From Leptolyngbyaceae cyanobacterium (GTDB taxonomy: Bacteria; Cyanobacteriota; Cyanobacteriia; Phormidesmidales; Phormidesmidaceae): a stretch of 64,000 nt of DNA. Location of the stretch: NCBI GenBank assembly GCA_965263355.1, contig CBDHHL010000032.1, positions 1,952,001-2,016,000 of the forward strand. Reading direction: 5' to 3'. Both the position numbers and the translations under genes were made by a program. The notes under the pieces were generated by a model that did no database searches, was not told where the DNA came from, and worked only from the letters and a program-made list of their open reading frames with translations. Positions 29,703-40,435 of this stretch are shown in pieces; position 1 is the stretch's first letter, and each line of letters starts with the position of its first letter.

Positions 29703-30857
29703 ATGTTAAAAGCGGTAGTCGGCCATAGTAATGACCCGGATACGGAGTTTGCGATCGCAGACATCTTAGAACAATGCCGTAATGCCCTAGCAAATACTAA
29801 ACCTCAGGCAGCCATTCTTTTGGCAGCGCTTGATTTTGATCACGGCGAAATTCTTAAGCAGATTAACCAAACCTTTCCAGGCATTCAGCTCATTGGTGGC
29901 ACCACTGACGGTGAAATTTCATCTATGCTAGAATTTCAGCAAGACTCTCTAGTCTTAATGTTGTTGTGCTCTGACCAAGTAGACTTTCATGCAGCTGTCG
30001 GTCGCCAGGTCTCTTCAAATCCTGTAACCATTGCTCAGCAGACTGTTCAATCGGCCCAAGCAAAGTCCCAACGGCCAACGACTCTATGTATTACTACCCC
30101 TGAAAGTTTAACGACCAGCGGGCTTTCAATTCTAGATGGATTGCAACAAGCCTTAGGAGAAACAATTCCTATTATCGGCGGTACCACCTGTGACCAATGG
30201 AAATTTCGCCAAACTTACCAGTTTTTTGGACAAGAGGTCTTAAGTGATGCTCTGCCCATTTTGCTATTGTCGGGTCCTATACTCTGGGGACATGGGGTAT
30301 CCACTGGTTGGACACCGATCGGAAAAAAAGGAACCGTGACTAAAGTCGATGGCAATGTTCTCCATGAAGTCGATGGACAACCTGTTTTAGAATTTTATCA
30401 AGATTATTTAGGTGATATTCGCCCGTCTCCCGCCTACCGATTGGCTGTCTTTGAACCCAATCAAGACAGTTGGTATATGCGATCTTCCAACGGCTCCTAT
30501 GATTCAGAGACCGGTAGTATCACCTTCTTTGCTGATATCCCTCCCCAGTCAGTGGTACAGGTAGTCCGCTCAAGTCGAGATGAAATGGTGTTATCTGCCA
30601 ACTCATCAATGCGACAGGCCCTTGAACATTACCCTGGAACTCATCCCACTGTGGCCCTATTATTTTCTTGCACAGGTCGCATGCGAGTTTTAGGCACCAG
30701 AACCCAAGAGGAATATCGCGTCTTACAACAGGAAATTTCACCTCAGGTTACCTGTGCTGGGTTTTATACCTATGGAGAAATTGCACCTTCTCGCCCTGGT
30801 GGTGTAGCCCAATTTCACAATGAAACCTTTGTAACGCTGCTCTTAGGGATGGAATAA
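29703..30857 (+). CDS. FIST N/C signal-transduction protein
   Basis: LIGGTTDGEIS, FSCTGR, GFYTYGEIAP, FHNETFV. Confidence 0.9.
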   Translation: MLKAVVGHSNDPDTEFAIADILEQCRNALANTKPQAAILLAALDFDHGEILKQINQTFPGIQLIGGTTDGEISSMLEFQQDSLVLMLLCSDQVDFHAAVGRQVSSNPVTIAQQTVQSAQAKSQRPTTLCITTPESLTTSGLSILDGLQQALGETIPIIGGTTCDQWKFRQTYQFFGQEVLSDALPILLLSGPILWGHGVSTGWTPIGKKGTVTKVDGNVLHEVDGQPVLEFYQDYLGDIRPSPAYRLAVFEPNQDSWYMRSSNGSYDSETGSITFFADIPPQSVVQVVRSSRDEMVLSANSSMRQALEHYPGTHPTVALLFSCTGRMRVLGTRTQEEYRVLQQEISPQVTCAGFYTYGEIAPSRPGGVAQFHNETFVTLLLGME

Positions 30858-30864
30858 TCTCATA

Positions 30865-31941
30865 ATGGATAATGCATCTCCTGAACAACTACAACAGCGG
30901 ATTAAGGAGTTGGAAAAACGTAATCGACTACTGCAAAAAAAATTAGCGCGGTCGGAGTTCAACCGTGTAGAGTTAGAAAATTCCTACGAAGCGCAATCCA
31001 AATTAGTTAGCCAAGTTATTCAGGGACTAGAAAAATCTAAACTTGAGGCAGAAACACGTAGTCAGGAGTTACAGGCAGCGTTCAATAATCTGCAAATGAT
31101 GCAAACAAAACTGGTACAGTCTGAAAAGATGTCTGCCCTAGGGCTGTTGGTGGCCGGTATTGCCCATGAAATTAACAACCCCGTTGGCTTTATCCATGGC
31201 AATATTGAACATGCTCGTCATTATGCGCAAGAGTTAATCGATTTACTTAGCCTCTATCAAGAGGTTTATCCTGAACCAGACAACAGGATTACCCGCCTAT
31301 CCGACGAGTTAGAGTTAGATTTTATTGTCGAAGATTTGTTCAAAGTCTTTCATTCAATGCAAGTTGGCAGTGAACGTATCCATCAGATCGTTTCAGGTTT
31401 ACGCACATTCTCACGACTGGATGAAGCCGACTACAAAAAAGCCAACCTCCATGATGGTTTGGACAGTACTTTAATGCTCTTACAACATCGCTTAAAGGCC
31501 TATGGCCATCGCCCTGGCATTAATGTAGTTAAGCACTATGGTGCCATACCTAAGATTGCCTGTTTTTCAGGACAGTTAAACCAGGTATTTATGAATATTC
31601 TGGGCAATGCAATTGATGCCATTGAAGATCGTTACACAGAACAGATGCACCCTCAAGATGCACCTATTGCCGCTGGTCAAATCGAAATTTATACTGCGAT
31701 GATTAAGTCACAATGGGTCAAAATGTCCATTTCTGACAATGGATTAGGGATGTCTGACGAGGTTCGACATAAGATATTTAACCCATTTTTTACAACCAAA
31801 TCCATTGGTCGAGGCACTGGCATGGGGTTATCGATCAGTTACCAAATTATTGTCGAAAACCACGGGGGTACTTTGGAATGTCACTCCAGGACGGGAGAAG
31901 GAACGGAATTTATTATTACTATTCCCGTCAGGCAACACTAG
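30865..31941 (+). CDS. Cytoplasmic histidine kinase with coiled-coil N-terminus
   Basis: [31 protein letters not shown]. Confidence 0.9.
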   Translation: MDNASPEQLQQRIKELEKRNRLLQKKLARSEFNRVELENSYEAQSKLVSQVIQGLEKSKLEAETRSQELQAAFNNLQMMQTKLVQSEKMSALGLLVAGIAHEINNPVGFIHGNIEHARHYAQELIDLLSLYQEVYPEPDNRITRLSDELELDFIVEDLFKVFHSMQVGSERIHQIVSGLRTFSRLDEADYKKANLHDGLDSTLMLLQHRLKAYGHRPGINVVKHYGAIPKIACFSGQLNQVFMNILGNAIDAIEDRYTEQMHPQDAPIAAGQIEIYTAMIKSQWVKMSISDNGLGMSDEVRHKIFNPFFTTKSIGRGTGMGLSISYQIIVENHGGTLECHSRTGEGTEFIITIPVRQH

Positions 31942-33692
31942 CATATGGCCCTAACACTCTGTTTGAGTAACGGCAATGTCACCGTGACTGTTGTCCCAGA
32001 CGTTGCATCGGAGGTAATCGTCAGTTGTCCTTTGTGAGCAGTGACAATGCGCTTAACAATCGCTAGCCCCAAGCCATTGCCATTGGATTTGGTCGTAAAG
32101 AATGGTGTGGTAATTTTCTCCAAAATTGAGGGAGGAATTGGTCTACCTCCATTGTTAACCTGGACTGTCAGATAATCGGCTTTGGACGGGTGAGTAATCT
32201 CCCAGGTAACCGTTTCACCAGGCGCTACTGCCTCACAGGCATTGGTAATCAGGTTAATAAATACCTGTTTAAGCTTGTCAGAATCCGCCGACACAATGGT
32301 GGCAATCGGATTGGCCGTAAACTGAATCACTCGGTCTGCCAATGAGGGATGGGAATCCATGGATGCTAGTAGATCTGTACTCCACTTGTTGAGTTCCAAC
32401 GGCTTGAGATCAAGCATTTGTGGTTTTGAGAATAGCAGAATCTCATTTAGCAACCGTTTCAGACGCTCAGCTTCCTCTAAGGCAAGGTTTAACCTTGCTT
32501 GGAAACGACTGTCAAGGTTTAGTTTCTGAAAGCTAGTCAGTCCCATAAGAACCGTAGTGAGGGGATTGCGAATCTCATGGACAATCATTGATGCTAACTC
32601 CCCTACTTCTGCCAGATGAGAACTAGCTTTTTTAGCCTCAGCTTCAGCCTGTTTGCGTTCGGCGTCCAGGCGTTTGCGCTCGCTAATATCTCGAACCATT
32701 GCCAAAATACACTGTCGACCTTCAAATTCAAGCGGAGCAGCTGAGATCTCAGCAGGCAATCTGTCGTTAGACTTTGTTAAACAGGTGAACTCATCCGTCC
32801 ATCCTTGGCCATTTCGAAAAACAACATTGGTAAATTCCAGCAGTTTGGGCATTTCATCGGGATGCACCTGGGAAATTTTGACGGAGTGAAGCAGTTCCTG
32901 ACGGGAATAGTTCAACAGTTTAGTCGCACGGGGATTGGCCTCTAGAATCTGGTCCTGGGCCGGGTCAATCACAAAGATGGCATCGTTAGACCCTTCAAAA
33001 ATCTTATGAAAGCGCTGTTCAAGGGACATGTGGGCAATACTTTCTATCTGTAACCGAGCGGATACTTTCTGGAGTTCGGTACGATAATGGTCTAATTTTT
33101 GAGTTAGCTGTTGATTTACAGCAATCAGTTTGTCCTGTAACAGCTGTCGTGACTGTCTGAAACTGTTGGCCTCCGAGGAGACTTTAGGGAAGGAATAGCA
33201 GCACTGCTCTAGCTCAATTGCCATCGCTGCCTGGGTTGCCATTAGAGTTAGCACCTGCTGATCCTCGACCTGAAAAGGTTCGATAGCAGGCCGCAAAGCC
33301 ATCAGAATGCCGCCACAACTGCCTCGCGGTGTGATCAAGGGAACCCCACAATAGGACACCATTAAATTGGCTTGGAGAGTACAGCTCCCTATGTTGGGAA
33401 TTTTCTGCTCTACAATATTGTTCGCTAAACGACTCCAATAGTCAGGAGTTTGCATGGAACCTGGCTGTAGCTCTGGACTGACAATAAAGTAATACCCAGC
33501 GTCTTGAATTTGACCAATCATTACCCGACTGGCCCCTAACCCGTGGCGTAATCCTGAAATTAGCTCCTCTAAATAGGCATCTATATGCCCACTTCTATAG
33601 CTCAATGATGTTAGCGCCGCTAACCATCGGGATTGAATTTGATGACCGGGAAGACAGGCAATTTGAACCTGAGACTGATCCATTGAACTCAT
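31938..33692 (-). CDS. GAF-PAS histidine kinase
   Basis: SYCGVPL GAF; IFEGSNDAIFVID PAS; MIVHEIRNP; GNGLGL. Confidence 0.88.
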   Translation of the reverse strand: MSSMDQSQVQIACLPGHQIQSRWLAALTSLSYRSGHIDAYLEELISGLRHGLGASRVMIGQIQDAGYYFIVSPELQPGSMQTPDYWSRLANNIVEQKIPNIGSCTLQANLMVSYCGVPLITPRGSCGGILMALRPAIEPFQVEDQQVLTLMATQAAMAIELEQCCYSFPKVSSEANSFRQSRQLLQDKLIAVNQQLTQKLDHYRTELQKVSARLQIESIAHMSLEQRFHKIFEGSNDAIFVIDPAQDQILEANPRATKLLNYSRQELLHSVKISQVHPDEMPKLLEFTNVVFRNGQGWTDEFTCLTKSNDRLPAEISAAPLEFEGRQCILAMVRDISERKRLDAERKQAEAEAKKASSHLAEVGELASMIVHEIRNPLTTVLMGLTSFQKLNLDSRFQARLNLALEEAERLKRLLNEILLFSKPQMLDLKPLELNKWSTDLLASMDSHPSLADRVIQFTANPIATIVSADSDKLKQVFINLITNACEAVAPGETVTWEITHPSKADYLTVQVNNGGRPIPPSILEKITTPFFTTKSNGNGLGLAIVKRIVTAHKGQLTITSDATSGTTVTVTLPLLKQSVRAIC

Positions 33693-33931
33693 GGCGCTAC
33701 TCAGAACGAAAATTCCTGATTAGATTTCCCTGAATTTTAGATGAGTAGCTTCTAAGAATCTATGATTCAAATCAAGTTTGTTAAGAAACTTGAAACTATT
33801 GAGCAAAATGAAAAAATTTGGGTACCTCAGTTTTTGGGCTAGGACAAAGCTCCCGTTGTAGTAGGAAATGCTCTCGTAGCTTTGCAAAGTGGAGCCATAA
33901 AAGAAATGTCTGGTTACAGTCTGGAGATGGC

Positions 33932-36817
33932 TTAAGACTCAACATCTAGCATTTGCAGAATTAAGTCATATCGGAAATCATGGGTAAACGACTTAATTGT
34001 TTCTGCCAGTCCTGATTTGTCAGCAGGTATTTGCTCTAGGAGTTTCAAAATAGTATTGCTATTGAGACATTTAGCAGCAGTTTTTAATTCTTGTTTCCAA
34101 GTATTGGGCATCCCTTGAAGCCGTTGCTGCATCTGAGTATGGCATTCAGTTGTAACGCTGGCGCTCGAGAATTTAGTTGGGATGCTCTCGTCATTATATA
34201 AATATACTAAATCTAGATACTGAGCGACTTTGTGCCAAAGCTCCTCCTCTAAAAATGGTTTGCGAACAAAGTCATCACAACCTGCTGCATATGCCTGATG
34301 TTTTTCATTTTCAAATGTTTGAGCTGTTAAGGCTATCACCACTGGTGTAGGGGATTGAGCTTTGATTAACCGGGTGGCTTCTATGCCATCTATTATGGGT
34401 AGACGCATATCCATAAATACTAAATGGGGAGACCAGTGCTGACAGAGATCAACTGCGGCTTGACCATTATTTGCAGAACGAACATTCAGACCGATACTGG
34501 ACAGCAGTCTGACCATTAGTTGTTGTGTATCGAGATGATCCTCAACAACTAATATTTTGGGTACAGACTGCCCTGGTGCTAACCCTGTAATATACCGGTC
34601 TTTGCGACTATAGCGGGGAATAGTCGCAACGTCTATGGCATTCTTCACTGGAATAGTAAAAGCGAAGGTGCTTCCCTGACCGGGTTGACTTTTGACTGTT
34701 AAACTCCCTCCCATGAGAGATACAAATGATTGACTAATGGGGAGTCCTAAACCAGTTCCTTGACTGCTTTGTTTTCCCAGTTCTGTTTGGATGAAGGGTT
34801 CAAAGAGGTTTGACATATCCTGTTCTGTAATTCCAAGCCCAGTATCAATAACAGAAAAAGAGATATGGTTATTGGAGCCTTTATAGGCAATTTTTAGTAA
34901 AACACTGCCTTGCTTGGTGAACTTAATGCCATTATCAACCAAATTGATAAGGACCTGACGTAGTTTGCTTTCATCGGTGCATACATACTGCGGTAAATCC
35001 TGAGGGTATTCCAATAAAAACTGAATTCCTTTTTTATTGGCTTTGGTATCTAACATCTCTTTTAATGAGTTAAGCAAGTGATGAAGGTCAAAGTCTGTTG
35101 TGTTGAGGCTGTTTTTCCCAGCCTCAATTTTTGACATTTCTAAAATGTCATTGATAAGCATGAGTAAATGTTCTCCACTGCGATTAATAATCGCAAGGGT
35201 ATTTTGTTGCTCGTCTGTGAGTTGTTGGTCTCGACTAAGAAGCTGACTAAATCCTAGAATAGCGTTGAGAGGGGTTCTTAGTTCATGACTCATGCGAGCA
35301 AGAAACTCACTTTTTGATCGGTTTGCTAATTCTGCACCCTCTTTGGCTTGGGCTAGATGTTCCTCTACTTGTTTGCGGGCTGTAATATTTTTTACACAAA
35401 TGAGTGTACAACTCTTCTGGTTAAGTAGCATCAGCTCAGCTGATAGTAAGTAGACTTGCTTAGCCTGATTATCAGTGGCATATTCAACTTCCCAATCGTG
35501 AATTGCTCCCTGCTCTTGCAGTGCTTGTACAAAGGGCAATTTTTGATTGGGACTTTTGAGTCCAAAAAGATCTGTGGCAATGCCACCAATAATGTTTTTT
35601 CTCTCTCTGCCACACACCTTAACCATGGCATCATTAATTTCTATGTAATACCCTTCTGGAAATGTAGTGATGGCCATTGGATCTGTATTGGAATAAAAAG
35701 CCTTCGAAAATTTTTCCTGGGATCGTTGTAGTTCTAATGTACGTTGATTAACTTGGTCTTCGAGAGAAGAATATAGATTTGCGTTTTCTTGGGAAATTTG
35801 TGTGAGCAACGCTGAAAGTTGAGCCAGTTCATCTTCGTAAGGCAGATGTAATGGAGGTATAGGCTGCCCTTGACGGGTTTCTTTAATCGCTACTCCTAAC
35901 TGCTTAAGGGGATTAACTAGACGTTGTTGCGTAAATCTGAAGGTATTCCATACAATCAGTAAAGTAATGACGTTGACTAGTAGAAGTGCAAGCAAAGGGT
36001 AAATGAGTCTTCCTAAGGCTTCTTGAAGTGGTTGTTCGATAATGACATACCAATTTACTTGGCGAAGCGGTTGAGCACTGGCCAAAACCCATTGGTTTCT
36101 TAACCCTCGATAGATAGACAAATCAGTTTGGTGAATTGATTGGGGTGTCTTGCCAATCAGTTGATTAAGACTGGGGGGATTCGTTGATCTGGCCGGCTCT
36201 TGATAATCGATCAGTTTTCCTGTTTCCGTTGTTAGGTAACTATAACCAGTACGTCCAACCTCGATATCAAGGGTGGTGTCCCATAATTCTGTCAGGTCCA
36301 GACGGGCAACTAACATACCAATGGGTAAACCAATATCATCTAAAACAGGAACTACAATTTCGATATAGGGTTGTGAGCCTGAATATTGCAGGTCGCTAAT
36401 GCTAAAATGACCCACTTCGGGAGGCTGTGTAAGCCAAGCTATAGAATAGTTTGCATCTCGATTTGGTTGTCCGAATGCTTGAGCCTGATAAATAATTTGG
36501 CCCTGATTGTTTAGATAAATGAGCTCTTGCAGGGATGGATATCGACTAATAAAATAGCGTAAGTTTGTATTTGGATTTTGGCTAGTATGGAGAGTTTCGC
36601 CAGTACTCAGCAGGCTGCTTTCTAAATCCAGAATAAATAAATCTAAGGTTTCAACAGCGCTATAGTTTAAGTTTTCCAGCTGATGGTGAACCTGGTTAAT
36701 TTGACGTTTTGTCCCTTCTACAAGTGTCCCCCCTAGTCCTAAAAAGGCGATCAGACTAAGTAATAGAACTCGCCGATTGATTTGTTGGTTAAGAGATTGA
36801 GTTTGTTTGGGCAGCAT
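33932..36817 (-). CDS. Cache-HAMP-PAS hybrid histidine kinase with REC
   Basis: Two TM segments, MSHELRTPLNAILGF, GTGLGL, FMDMRLP. Confidence 0.9.
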   Translation of the reverse strand: MLPKQTQSLNQQINRRVLLLSLIAFLGLGGTLVEGTKRQINQVHHQLENLNYSAVETLDLFILDLESSLLSTGETLHTSQNPNTNLRYFISRYPSLQELIYLNNQGQIIYQAQAFGQPNRDANYSIAWLTQPPEVGHFSISDLQYSGSQPYIEIVVPVLDDIGLPIGMLVARLDLTELWDTTLDIEVGRTGYSYLTTETGKLIDYQEPARSTNPPSLNQLIGKTPQSIHQTDLSIYRGLRNQWVLASAQPLRQVNWYVIIEQPLQEALGRLIYPLLALLLVNVITLLIVWNTFRFTQQRLVNPLKQLGVAIKETRQGQPIPPLHLPYEDELAQLSALLTQISQENANLYSSLEDQVNQRTLELQRSQEKFSKAFYSNTDPMAITTFPEGYYIEINDAMVKVCGRERKNIIGGIATDLFGLKSPNQKLPFVQALQEQGAIHDWEVEYATDNQAKQVYLLSAELMLLNQKSCTLICVKNITARKQVEEHLAQAKEGAELANRSKSEFLARMSHELRTPLNAILGFSQLLSRDQQLTDEQQNTLAIINRSGEHLLMLINDILEMSKIEAGKNSLNTTDFDLHHLLNSLKEMLDTKANKKGIQFLLEYPQDLPQYVCTDESKLRQVLINLVDNGIKFTKQGSVLLKIAYKGSNNHISFSVIDTGLGITEQDMSNLFEPFIQTELGKQSSQGTGLGLPISQSFVSLMGGSLTVKSQPGQGSTFAFTIPVKNAIDVATIPRYSRKDRYITGLAPGQSVPKILVVEDHLDTQQLMVRLLSSIGLNVRSANNGQAAVDLCQHWSPHLVFMDMRLPIIDGIEATRLIKAQSPTPVVIALTAQTFENEKHQAYAAGCDDFVRKPFLEEELWHKVAQYLDLVYLYNDESIPTKFSSASVTTECHTQMQQRLQGMPNTWKQELKTAAKCLNSNTILKLLEQIPADKSGLAETIKSFTHDFRYDLILQMLDVES

Positions 36818-36839
36818 CGGGCATTATATCGGCTAGCCT

Positions 36840-38042
36840 TTAGGAACTACAGCTCAAATTGCTGGGATTGAAGTCTGTCAGAGGATTACCTATGTTAGCT
36901 GACAGGGTATCTTTTGAGAGGATTTTTGGATTTGGTAAGTAGACTACTTCAGGAAACGTTTCAGCGGTTTCCAAATGACGTACCATTAGCTGCATTGCGG
37001 TTGGGGTGCTGGTATTAGGCAACTGGATAGCCGTGGCAGCCAGAGTTCCTTCTGCAATAGCAGCTCTAGCTAGGGGTATAGCATCGTAGCCAGTAATCAA
37101 AATATTATCACGCTGGGCTATTTGTGTGGCAATAATGGCTCCCATGGCCATGTGGTCACTAGCCGCAATGATGGCATCAATTTGTGGAAATTTATCTAAC
37201 CATTGCTGAGTAACACTCTGAGCTTTTTCGCAGGTCCACAGAGCTGTTTCTGTATCGAGAATGGTAATATTTTGACCTTGCAAACCGGCGATAAAGCCAT
37301 GGCGACGATCGAGGGCATTTTTTTGATACTTGGGTCCCTCTATAAGCAGCACGTTGCCTTTGCCACTGAGTTGCTGTGCTACCCATTGACCAATAGCTTT
37401 ACCGCCTTCAAAGTCATTAAATGTGACCAGTGTAAGGACCTGTTGAGAGTTAATGGGGGTAGCAACAGCAATAACAGCGATATTGGTTGCGATCGCTTTC
37501 TCAATGACAGGTACTAGCTGATTCGAATCCCTAGGACCAATAATAATGCCATCAATATCATCCCGAATAATCAGTTCACTAAGCAGCTGAATTTGTTGAC
37601 GGATACATTCCTCTTCGTTGCTACAATCCTCTTTAACATAGGCCAACTCAGTTTCCACACCAAGATTTTGCCCTGTTTCATAGGCAGTTTGCCACATGTG
37701 GCACCATACAATTTCTGGACAATCTTGTTCTGAAATATTCTCATGCCCCTTAGGGCCGTCCTGACTTACAAAAACAATTTTCCAAGGACGAGTTGCTTGA
37801 ACAACCTTGTCTAAATCGATAACAGCAGTATCAGCCAGACCAGCAGGAGATGGTAATGTCGTATTAACCGTATTTGTGTCAGCTGTTTGAGGGTATCTCT
37901 GGGATGGTTGGCAGCTACTAAGGCACAGCAGACTAAAACATAACAGAACCAGCCTTATGTTTAGACGGCTAGGCCATAGTGACTGAATAAATCGTTGCTG
38001 ATAGTTCAATTCAACCCCTGCTCCCTTGCCCTCTGGATACAT
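36840..38042 (-). CDS. Periplasmic sugar-binding (RbsB/type-1 PBP) lipoprotein
   Basis: Lipobox LSSC; IDGIIIGP, ALDRRHGF, SDHMAMGA, ITGYD. Confidence 0.85.
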   Translation of the reverse strand: MYPEGKGAGVELNYQQRFIQSLWPSRLNIRLVLLCFSLLCLSSCQPSQRYPQTADTNTVNTTLPSPAGLADTAVIDLDKVVQATRPWKIVFVSQDGPKGHENISEQDCPEIVWCHMWQTAYETGQNLGVETELAYVKEDCSNEEECIRQQIQLLSELIIRDDIDGIIIGPRDSNQLVPVIEKAIATNIAVIAVATPINSQQVLTLVTFNDFEGGKAIGQWVAQQLSGKGNVLLIEGPKYQKNALDRRHGFIAGLQGQNITILDTETALWTCEKAQSVTQQWLDKFPQIDAIIAASDHMAMGAIIATQIAQRDNILITGYDAIPLARAAIAEGTLAATAIQLPNTSTPTAMQLMVRHLETAETFPEVVYLPNPKILSKDTLSANIGNPLTDFNPSNLSCSS

Positions 38043-38116
38043 AATTATTCCCGTTGCATCACCCTACGTGAACTCAATATGGAGTAACATCAATCAGGAC
38101 TGTAATGCTGGCCTTA

Positions 38117-40045
38117 TCAAGCTCCAAGTCTATCTGGGGAGCGCTCCAGCAGATCGCTAGCTGCCTGACTATCCAATGGCTTAGAAAACCAATGCCCCTG
38201 TCCATAGATACAACCAAGGGTAGATAATTTTTGTGCCTGGGTGGCCGTTTCAATGCCTTCGGCAATAACATCAAGCTTTAAGGCTTGGGCCAGATTCAGA
38301 ATAGCTTTCAAAATCTGAAAACTATCAGCATTGATTTCCATATCCTGAATGAACGTACGATCAATTTTTAAAGTGTCAATGGGAAGCTGTTTTAGATAGT
38401 TTAGAGACGAGTATCCTGTCCCAAAATCGTCAATACTGACTTGTAACCCCTGTGCTCTAAGCTCTTCCAACATGCTTAAAACAAGCTGTGGCGTTTTCAT
38501 TAAGATACTTTCAGTAATTTCTAATTTAATCCACTCGGGGGATACCTGCGTAGATTGCAAGACATTATAAATCTTGTGTAAGCATTGATTGCAGTTTAAC
38601 TGCTGTATCGAGAAGTTTATACTCAAACAGAGGGCTTTTTCTGGCGGACGCTGTTGATTCCATTGACGAAGTTGCTGACAAGCCGTTTGAAATACCCAAT
38701 CTCCCAGCCGGGTAATGAGACCGGTTTCTTCTGCCAAAGGAATAAAGATATCTGGTGATATAAATCCTGATATAGGGTCTGGCTGCCATCGGGCAAGGGC
38801 TTCGTACCCTACAATAGATGCACTTGAAGCATCGGGATATAATGACACAATGGGCTGGTAGTAAACCTGCAACTGATTTTGTTCTATTGTCTGACGTAAT
38901 TGGCCTTCTAGTTCAAGGTTTTGTAATGCTTGTTGATGCATGGCGGGCTGAAACAGCTGTCGACTCCCTCGCTGATTTTGTTTAGCCTGAACCATCGCTA
39001 ACTCAGCATCCCGCAGTAGATATTCAGCTTTTGCAGCCTTAGACTCTGCGACCACCATACCAATGGTAGGATTAATACTAATTTCCAGGTTATCGAGACG
39101 GACAGGGGCCGATAACTGATGATGAAGGGGCTCTACCAGCGTATTAAGACTATTGCCCTGCTCTTGATAGATCAGAGCAATAGCAAATTTGTCACCACCT
39201 AGCCGAGCAACAAAGCTGTCTTGGGGCACTGTTGCTATGATGTGATTAGCGATCTCTATCAGCATGCGATCTCCCCGTCCGTGCCCCAACGTGTTACTAA
39301 TGGTTTTGATGCGATCGCAATCTAACAGTAACAATAAGCACCTCAAATTCGCTGAATTTCCTAGTTTTTGTACGGTTTCTTCCAAATATTTCAACAATAG
39401 GGGACGATTAGCTAAGCCCGTCAATGGATCGTAGGTAGCCATATGCAGTAGCCTAGCCTGGATTTGTTGCCGCTCTTGCATCTCCTGCTTGAGCTTCTCA
39501 TTAGCAGTTTGCAATTGTTGTGTGCGCTCTAACACTCGTTGTTCTAACTCTTGATTGAGTTGACGAACTTGGCTTTCTACCTGTTTTTGATGTTGAAGCG
39601 TATCCTTAAGCTGTTGATTTTGAGTTTTAAGTTGATGTTTGAGAGCCTGGAGTTCCAACTGTAGATAAATCCTGGCCAGCACTTCTGCAATGGTAAATGG
39701 TTTGGTGATATAGTCTACTCCACCTAGTTCAAAGGCTTTGACCTTATCTAGAACATCATCTAACGCGCTAATAAAAATAATTGGAATATCATTGGTTTTA
39801 GCGTCACTTTTAAGGTGATTACAAACTTCAAACCCATCCATATCAGGCATGCTGATATCTAACAAAATCAGATCAGGTGGATCTGATTCAATTCCCATAA
39901 TGGCTAAGGGACCACTAATTGCACTTCGAACATCAAATCCCTCTCGTGTTAACGTTGTAGACAATAGGCGTAAGTTATCAGGTAGGTCATCTACAATCAA
40001 GATTTTTGATTTAGCAAAGGACTGGACCTGAAACATGGGTTGCAT
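38117..40045 (-). CDS. REC-GGDEF(degenerate GGDKF)-EAL protein
   Basis: YDPLTGLANR, RLGGDKF, YEALARW, IDDFGTGYSSL. Confidence 0.9.
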   Translation of the reverse strand: MQPMFQVQSFAKSKILIVDDLPDNLRLLSTTLTREGFDVRSAISGPLAIMGIESDPPDLILLDISMPDMDGFEVCNHLKSDAKTNDIPIIFISALDDVLDKVKAFELGGVDYITKPFTIAEVLARIYLQLELQALKHQLKTQNQQLKDTLQHQKQVESQVRQLNQELEQRVLERTQQLQTANEKLKQEMQERQQIQARLLHMATYDPLTGLANRPLLLKYLEETVQKLGNSANLRCLLLLLDCDRIKTISNTLGHGRGDRMLIEIANHIIATVPQDSFVARLGGDKFAIALIYQEQGNSLNTLVEPLHHQLSAPVRLDNLEISINPTIGMVVAESKAAKAEYLLRDAELAMVQAKQNQRGSRQLFQPAMHQQALQNLELEGQLRQTIEQNQLQVYYQPIVSLYPDASSASIVGYEALARWQPDPISGFISPDIFIPLAEETGLITRLGDWVFQTACQQLRQWNQQRPPEKALCLSINFSIQQLNCNQCLHKIYNVLQSTQVSPEWIKLEITESILMKTPQLVLSMLEELRAQGLQVSIDDFGTGYSSLNYLKQLPIDTLKIDRTFIQDMEINADSFQILKAILNLAQALKLDVIAEGIETATQAQKLSTLGCIYGQGHWFSKPLDSQAASDLLERSPDRLGA

Positions 40046-40284
40046 TGCCTTATTTAGGATCTATATACAGATACATAGATATATTTCTATAAGGGCTTCC
40101 CAAATAGTGAGTTTTCTGTGATAAATGTCTGAAATACTTGAAAATTAAGCAAATCATCACATTTCTATGCAGCATTGATCATATAGCACAAGACGTCTTC
40201 ACTAAAGCTATCCCTATATATTACTTATTGAAATTATATCGCTTTAGAAACTTCATACTATGAAGGTCAGGATTTTTCAGGAAT

Positions 40285-40352
40285 TGGCGTGAAATGCAAT
40301 GAATTTGACGCCTTATGTTATTACCTAAAGAAAATTTAGCCTCTATGTTGTT
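40285..40352 (+). promoter_or_regulatory. Probable AraC-activated promoter (21-bp-spaced half-sites), copy 1
   Basis: TGGCGTGAAATGCAAT-N5-TGACGCCTTATGTTAT; conserved at 42595. Confidence 0.55.
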
Positions 40353-40435
40353 CTCTACGGAGGTTGGGATTGTAAGAAAGCATCCTATTGACTTCCAGTA
40401 TAAAATTTCTAACCTTGACAGCATAGATAATCAGC

